This document shows, in pieces, positions 59,086 through 64,000 of a stretch of DNA of 64,000 nucleotides. This stretch comes from Bdellovibrionales bacterium (GTDB lineage Bacteria; Bdellovibrionota; Bdellovibrionia; Bdellovibrionales; UBA1609): assembly GCA_965199825.1 (NCBI GenBank), contig OZ241329.1, forward strand, positions 2,016,001-2,080,000. The letters run 5' to 3'. The notes under the pieces are model-generated. The model was not told where the DNA came from, ran no database searches, and saw only the letters and a list, made by a program, of their open reading frames with translations. The translations under genes were made by a program, and so were the position numbers. Positions within the stretch are counted from its first letter, which is position 1, and each line of letters begins with the position of its first letter.

Positions 59086-60145
59086 GGATTGCGGGAAATA
59101 ATTTTTGGGTGAGTCGTTCCAGATTTTGTAAGATCTCTTGCGGTGCACATTTATCATCGCCAAGAGCAAGAATTTGTCCACGAGTGTCGGTTCCGGTTAA
59201 AAGCGGCAAACACGTCACGACCGCAGGATATCCTTCAAAACCAAAATTCGAAAAAAATGCTTTATTGATTTCGGTGTCCACCACGGGGCCGTGATAAGGG
59301 ATATTTGTGCGACGAACAATTCTAAACACACTTGGTTTATTTGGATCGATCGATTCAAACGCTTGCTCACTTGTCGGTTTTAAATCTGCGGTAATTCTAA
59401 AGGGCTTTAGCAAATTTCCTTCGTAGTGCAAAATGATCACCGAACTGTAGTGTTGAAGAGCATGTTTGCAAAACCAATTGAGCATTTGGTCTTGAGTCCG
59501 AGCTTCTTCAATTTGGGCCACCGCGTGCTGCGGATTTAAGACCTTATCTGAATTTTCGCTCGGCATATTGTAAACGCCAGTGGGAATATCATCTTGAAAA
59601 AACACATCATGATTATTTGGCAGTCCCTCAGGGCCATCCAAGCCTTGTGGCTCTTGAGGAAGAATGGGCGGCGGCGGAGGTGCGAGTTTGAGATTGAGCC
59701 CAATTGGGCCATCTTCTTCGGGTACGGGAGGGATCTGGGTAAAACTCATCTCGAGAGTTTGATATTGCTCAAAAAGATTTTTTAAGTTTTGGGGATGAGT
59801 CAAAACATAACAAACCGGAAAGCTCCACTGAACATCTAAGGGTTCAACACAGCCAATAAAAATCACGCCATCCCATTCTTCAAGAGGCAAGATGTCTTGG
59901 TTCCAATTGGTGACACTTCGAATTTTATTCCAAAGCTCGCGACTAGGGGCTTCATTAAAATAGGGGCTTAAAACTTGAGGTAAACCATAGTAATTTTTAG
60001 CCCATTGAAAATAGGCATCTGCAGAGATGTGGCGATTCTGAATCGCCCACGAGGTGATAGATTGCTCAGGGCCGATCGAGAGCTGCCACAATTCATAATC
60101 AGCTTGAGAAATTTGAAGGGCTGATACCCATGGTTTTTGATTCAT
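59072..60145 (-). CDS. Hypothetical protein: GspE/PilB N-terminal-like domain, Pro-rich linker, GAF-like C-terminus
   Basis: YYGLP, ILPLEEWDGVIFIGCVEP; poly-Pro linker; start placed at ATG 60145 after a sigma28-like motif. Confidence 0.55.
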   Translation of the reverse strand: MNQKPWVSALQISQADYELWQLSIGPEQSITSWAIQNRHISADAYFQWAKNYYGLPQVLSPYFNEAPSRELWNKIRSVTNWNQDILPLEEWDGVIFIGCVEPLDVQWSFPVCYVLTHPQNLKNLFEQYQTLEMSFTQIPPVPEEDGPIGLNLKLAPPPPPILPQEPQGLDGPEGLPNNHDVFFQDDIPTGVYNMPSENSDKVLNPQHAVAQIEEARTQDQMLNWFCKHALQHYSSVIILHYEGNLLKPFRITADLKPTSEQAFESIDPNKPSVFRIVRRTNIPYHGPVVDTEINKAFFSNFGFEGYPAVVTCLPLLTGTDTRGQILALGDDKCAPQEILQNLERLTQKLFPAILKAA

Positions 60146-60153
60146 CACAAAAC

Positions 60154-60180
60154 TTATCGGCATTTGAGATCGGAACCTCA
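60154..60180 (-). promoter_or_regulatory. Putative sigma28 (FliA) promoter
   Basis: Minus strand TGAG-N15-GCCGATAA, ATG 8 nt downstream. Confidence 0.6.
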
Positions 60181-60230
60181 AGGTTTTCGAAGACGTCTCA
60201 AGCCTCTCTGTGTTAAAGCTAACGACCTTT

Positions 60231-61376
60231 ATGACCAATTTTGTCTATCTCGATTGCAACGCAACCACACCTTTGTCCAAAGAGGTGATCGAGTTTGCCC
60301 AAAGCCAAATTTCAGAATTTGGCAATCCCTCATCGATCCACTCCTTTGGTCGAGGTCCTAAGACCCGACTGCGAGATGCGCGAACGATGGTAGCAAAAAT
60401 GATTTACGCCGATCCTCTTGAAATTATTTTTACCAGTGGCGGAAGTGAATCAAACAATCTCGCTTTAAAGGGAGTTTCTCAGCCGCATCGCAATCGGATT
60501 TTGATTTCGAGTGTGGAACATCCCAGTGTTTTAAAAACAGCGATGTCGCTTAAAAATCATCACATCGATTTGATGCCGGTAAATCGTCAGGGCGAAGTGG
60601 ATCTTGAGATCTTTTCAAATCTTGTAACCGACAAGACAGCGCTTGTTTCATTCATGTTTGCCAATAATGAAACCGGTCATATCTTTCCAATCGAGCAAAT
60701 GACAAAAATCGCGCATGACAAAGGGGCCCTGTTTCATACCGATGCGGTTCAAGCTTTGGGTAAAATCGAAATCGATGTTCGAAAGCTCAATGTGGATTTC
60801 TTAAGTCTTTCTGCTCACAAGTTTTATGGCCTCAAAGGGGCAGGGGTTCTTTACGCTCGAAAGGGTGTTGAACTTCAAACCCTGATTCATGGCGGTGGAC
60901 AAGAGCGATCTCGTCGCGCAGGCACCGAAAATATTTTGAGTGTTGCAGCTCTTGGTGTGATGTGCGCAAAACAAGACCAAGTGGTGGCTAAAAATTTAGA
61001 AATAAAAAATTTAAGAGACCAAATGGAGTCACAAATTCTTGAAAGAATCCCTGCGGTTCGAATCGTCGGGCAAGAGACAGATCGATTACCAAACACATCA
61101 TGTTTAATCATCGATGATGTTGATGGCGAAATTTTATTAATGAATTTGGATATTGAAGGCTATGCGGTTTCAACTGGGGCTGCATGCAGCAGTGGAAGTC
61201 CTGATCCATCGCCAGTGTTACTTGCAATGGGATACTTAAGGCGCGAAGCCCAACATTCTTTACGTATTTCTTTGGGCTGGCACAATACCCAAGACGAAAT
61301 TATTGGTTTTGTTGAAGCCCTTAAAAAATCTGTGGAGCGAATTCGATCCTTTAAAAAAGTGGGTTTAAATTTATGA
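60231..61376 (+). CDS. Cysteine desulfurase (IscS/NifS family)
   Basis: YLDCNATT, GNPSS, SAHKFYG (PLP Lys), STGAACSS; adjacent to mnmA. Confidence 0.95.
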   Translation: MTNFVYLDCNATTPLSKEVIEFAQSQISEFGNPSSIHSFGRGPKTRLRDARTMVAKMIYADPLEIIFTSGGSESNNLALKGVSQPHRNRILISSVEHPSVLKTAMSLKNHHIDLMPVNRQGEVDLEIFSNLVTDKTALVSFMFANNETGHIFPIEQMTKIAHDKGALFHTDAVQALGKIEIDVRKLNVDFLSLSAHKFYGLKGAGVLYARKGVELQTLIHGGGQERSRRAGTENILSVAALGVMCAKQDQVVAKNLEIKNLRDQMESQILERIPAVRIVGQETDRLPNTSCLIIDDVDGEILLMNLDIEGYAVSTGAACSSGSPDPSPVLLAMGYLRREAQHSLRISLGWHNTQDEIIGFVEALKKSVERIRSFKKVGLNL

Positions 61377-62446
61377 AAAAAAGAGTTCTGGTCGCGATGA
61401 GTGGAGGAGTGGACAGTTCGGTTGCGGCCGCATTGTTGGTCGAGCAAGGCTACGATGTGATCGGCATGACGATGCAAGTTTGGGATTACTCCAAGAAGAG
61501 CTGCGATATTTTCGAGGGCCACGGTACCTGTTGCTCGAGCACTGATGTTGACGACGCCCGAAGTGTTGCCGATCGACTGAACATTCCATTTTATGTTTTA
61601 AATTGTGAAGCGAAGTTTCAGGCCTATGTGATTGATGAATTTGTGGGATCTTATCTAGAGGGTCGAACTCCGATCCCATGTGTGAACTGCAATACTTATC
61701 TTAAATTTGATCATCTGATCCAAAAAATGAAAGAGCTCAATTGCGATTATTTAGCGACCGGACACTACGCTCAAATCGAAACCCATAGTGATCAAACCAC
61801 GTTGTCCACCAGTACCGATGATTTTAAAGATCAAACCTATTTTTTGTTTACTTTACCAAAATCAATTTTGCCGCGGCTCCTTTTTCCGATCGGCCATTTA
61901 TCAAAACCCGAGGTGAGAAAAATCGCTGAAGAACGAAATTTGTGTGTGGCGCGTAAAAAAGATTCGACCGGAATTTGTTTTATTGGGCCAAAAGGATATT
62001 CCGACTTTATTGAGACCCACACCGCTCCTGATCTTTTAAAAAAAGGTGACTTGCGACTGTATCCCAGCGGCGAAGTTGTCGGCACCCACGACGGTATTCA
62101 TCATTTTACCTATGGTCAGCGAAAAGGTTTGGGCGTGTTTCGACCAAACCCTTTGTACGTTCTAAAAGTGGATCCCAAAACCGCGGAAGTATGGCTCGGT
62201 GAAGAAGAGCATTTGTACTCTTCCTCGCTCAAGGTCAAAAAAGTGCATTGGCTTGATCCCATTTTGCCCGAAGAGCGTGTGACCGTAAAAATTCGTTACG
62301 CTCACAAAGGTGCAATGGCCAAATTGAGATCCACCGATCAAGGCTTAGAGGTTGAATTTGACGAACCACAACGAGCGATCACGCCCGGACAGGCTGCGGT
62401 GTTTTATCGCGGATCACAGCTTCTTGGTGGAGGATGGATCGTTTAG
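61373..62446 (+). CDS. mnmA: tRNA-specific 2-thiouridylase
   Basis: AMSGGVDSSV, PCVNCN, ATGHYA, KDQTYFL, DSTGICF, TPGQAAV. Confidence 0.97.
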   Translation: MKKRVLVAMSGGVDSSVAAALLVEQGYDVIGMTMQVWDYSKKSCDIFEGHGTCCSSTDVDDARSVADRLNIPFYVLNCEAKFQAYVIDEFVGSYLEGRTPIPCVNCNTYLKFDHLIQKMKELNCDYLATGHYAQIETHSDQTTLSTSTDDFKDQTYFLFTLPKSILPRLLFPIGHLSKPEVRKIAEERNLCVARKKDSTGICFIGPKGYSDFIETHTAPDLLKKGDLRLYPSGEVVGTHDGIHHFTYGQRKGLGVFRPNPLYVLKVDPKTAEVWLGEEEHLYSSSLKVKKVHWLDPILPEERVTVKIRYAHKGAMAKLRSTDQGLEVEFDEPQRAITPGQAAVFYRGSQLLGGGWIV

Positions 62447-62529
62447 TCCGCCGATTGACGTTGACGCCAAGCAATAAGTCGGGGTATTACAACATCTTTA
62501 TTGGGCGAATTTTCCCTGAAGGGCCCTTG

Positions 62530-63201
62530 ATGACCTTGGCTGAACTTAAATTTCGAAACGATGAGCTGTTGCTACAAGCTCTCACTCACAAGTCCTTTTC
62601 AAACGAAAACAAAGACAAGATTAAAAGCTCTTTGCACAACGAGCGTCTAGAATTCTTAGGCGATGCGGTGCTCGATTTGGTTTTGAGTGATTACCTTATG
62701 AGTGAATTTCCAGAACTCAACGAAGGTGATTTATCCAAAATTCGGGCAGGATTGGTCAACGAATCGGTTTTGTCACAGGTGGCACTCGAGCTTGAGCTCC
62801 ACAATCAACTTAAATTGGGAAAAGGCGAACTTCAAACCGGTGGTTTAAAAAAGCCACGGCTGTTGGCCTCGGTTTTTGAAGCGGTGATTGGGGCCTACTA
62901 CTTGGACTCAGGCTTTATTGCGACCAAGCATTTTGTGACCGAAACCTTTCGAGCACGAGTGCAAGACACCAATCCACTCATAAAAAATGGCACCGATTTT
63001 AAAACTCAACTTCAAGAAGTGATGCAAGAAAGATTTAAGCGCACCCCTACCTACGTGGTCGCAAGATCTGATGGTCCTGATCATGACAAAACATTTTTTG
63101 TTTGTGTGTATTTAGATAAAAAGAAATTGGCTGAAGGTTTTGGGAAAAGTAAAAAACAAGCAGAACAGGTGGCCGCTCAAGCGGCGCTAAAGGAGATATA
63201 G
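62530..63201 (+). CDS. rnc: Ribonuclease III
   Basis: ALTHKS, NERLEFLGDAVL, FEAVIGA, dsRBD DFKTQLQE..SKKQAEQ. Confidence 0.97.
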   Translation: MTLAELKFRNDELLLQALTHKSFSNENKDKIKSSLHNERLEFLGDAVLDLVLSDYLMSEFPELNEGDLSKIRAGLVNESVLSQVALELELHNQLKLGKGELQTGGLKKPRLLASVFEAVIGAYYLDSGFIATKHFVTETFRARVQDTNPLIKNGTDFKTQLQEVMQERFKRTPTYVVARSDGPDHDKTFFVCVYLDKKKLAEGFGKSKKQAEQVAAQAALKEI

Positions 63202-64000
63202 TGGATTCGAATTTTCGTGCAGGCTTTGTTGGCCTCCTCGGGTTACCAAATGCGGGTAAAAGTACACTGATCAATGCATTGGTTGGCGAAAAAATTGCGG
63301 CAGTGTCGGCCCGCCCCCAAACCACACGCCGCCGTGTGCGTGGTGTTTTAACCAATGAGCAAGCCCAAATTATTTTTGTCGATGCGCCAGGTTTTGTTGG
63401 TCAAAACATCAAGGGCTTAAATAAATTTTTGGCTTATGAATACCAAGACGTTTTGAAAAACTCCGATGTGTTGATGGTGGTGTTGAGTCCGGATGAGGGG
63501 AGCCTTGAGAATCTTCAAGCCATGATCAAGACTGCCGCACTTGCGAAAAAAAGCATCGTGTTTGTGATCAATAAAATTGATTTAGGGCTAAATGACCAAA
63601 TGCAGGTTTTGAGAAATTTATTAAAAGGCGAAAAAATTATCGAGATTTCAGCTTTGTGGTCGAGAGAGGTTTTAGAAAAAGCCATTTTGACCGAGCTTGT
63701 GCCTCATTTACCAAAGAGCGAAGCTCCACTTTATGACGCCGAGTTATTTACTCTTGAAATCAGCCGCGATATGGCTTCAGAAATGATTCGTGAGCGAGCT
63801 TTTGTTTCATTAAAACAGGAACTCCCTTATAGCCTTGCTGTTCGAATTTTGCAGTTTGATGAAGAAGATCCAGATCTTTCAAAAATATCTGCCGAGATAT
63901 TGGTCGCCAAACAAAATCATCGCGGAATGGTTGTTGGTATGGGCGGTCAAATGATTCGGAAAATCGGCTCAGAAGCGCGCGAACAGATCGAGCACTTTTT
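63201..64000 (+). CDS. era: GTPase Era, partial (runs off window end)
   Basis: Not in the ORF track. GTG 63201 after AAGGAG reads MDSNFRAGFVGLLGLPNAGKSTL..PQTTR..FVDAPG..INKID..ELPY; follows rnc. Confidence 0.95.
   Translation, partial: MDSNFRAGFVGLLGLPNAGKSTLINALVGEKIAAVSARPQTTRRRVRGVLTNEQAQIIFVDAPGFVGQNIKGLNKFLAYEYQDVLKNSDVLMVVLSPDEGSLENLQAMIKTAALAKKSIVFVINKIDLGLNDQMQVLRNLLKGEKIIEISALWSREVLEKAILTELVPHLPKSEAPLYDAELFTLEISRDMASEMIRERAFVSLKQELPYSLAVRILQFDEEDPDLSKISAEILVAKQNHRGMVVGMGGQMIRKIGSEAREQIEHF

Overview
Bacterial chromosomal window, densely coding. Gene content suggests a predatory Bdellovibrionota-like diderm (inference): RNase Y, tilS-ftsH-cdaA-cdaR-glmM, a MIDAS/vWA lipoprotein and many signal-peptide hypotheticals. 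Housekeeping genes (pip, thiolase, rny, pdxH, ETF-QO, ppk1, pyrC, tRNA-Gly, pgsA, glpX, tilS, ftsH, dacA, glmM, nnr, tsaE, cysteine desulfurase, mnmA, rnc, era) alternate with accessory secreted-protein genes. The best candidate for a new system is a three-gene operon (12054-19860, minus) behind a sigma54-type promoter, with overlapping stops and starts. It encodes a ClpB-like AAA+ protein with a signal peptide in place of the Clp N-domain, an intact NBD1 and a degenerate NBD2 that keeps its pore loop. Two large exported proteins follow, apparently sharing a glycine-rich hydrophobic multi-helix domain. The hypothesis is a prey-directed unfoldase-plus-pore translocon. A second theme is two stand-alone RAYT-like HUH/Y1 endonuclease genes with N-terminal clamp-binding-like motifs, upstream same-orientation TGCCC repeats and strand-skewed flanks, plus an orphan cluster of related repeats after tRNA-Gly. 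Also present are a secreted PAD-like deiminase next to an ankyrin lipoprotein and tandem secreted amidoligase-like paralogs. All calls were made by eye from motifs; no searches were run.
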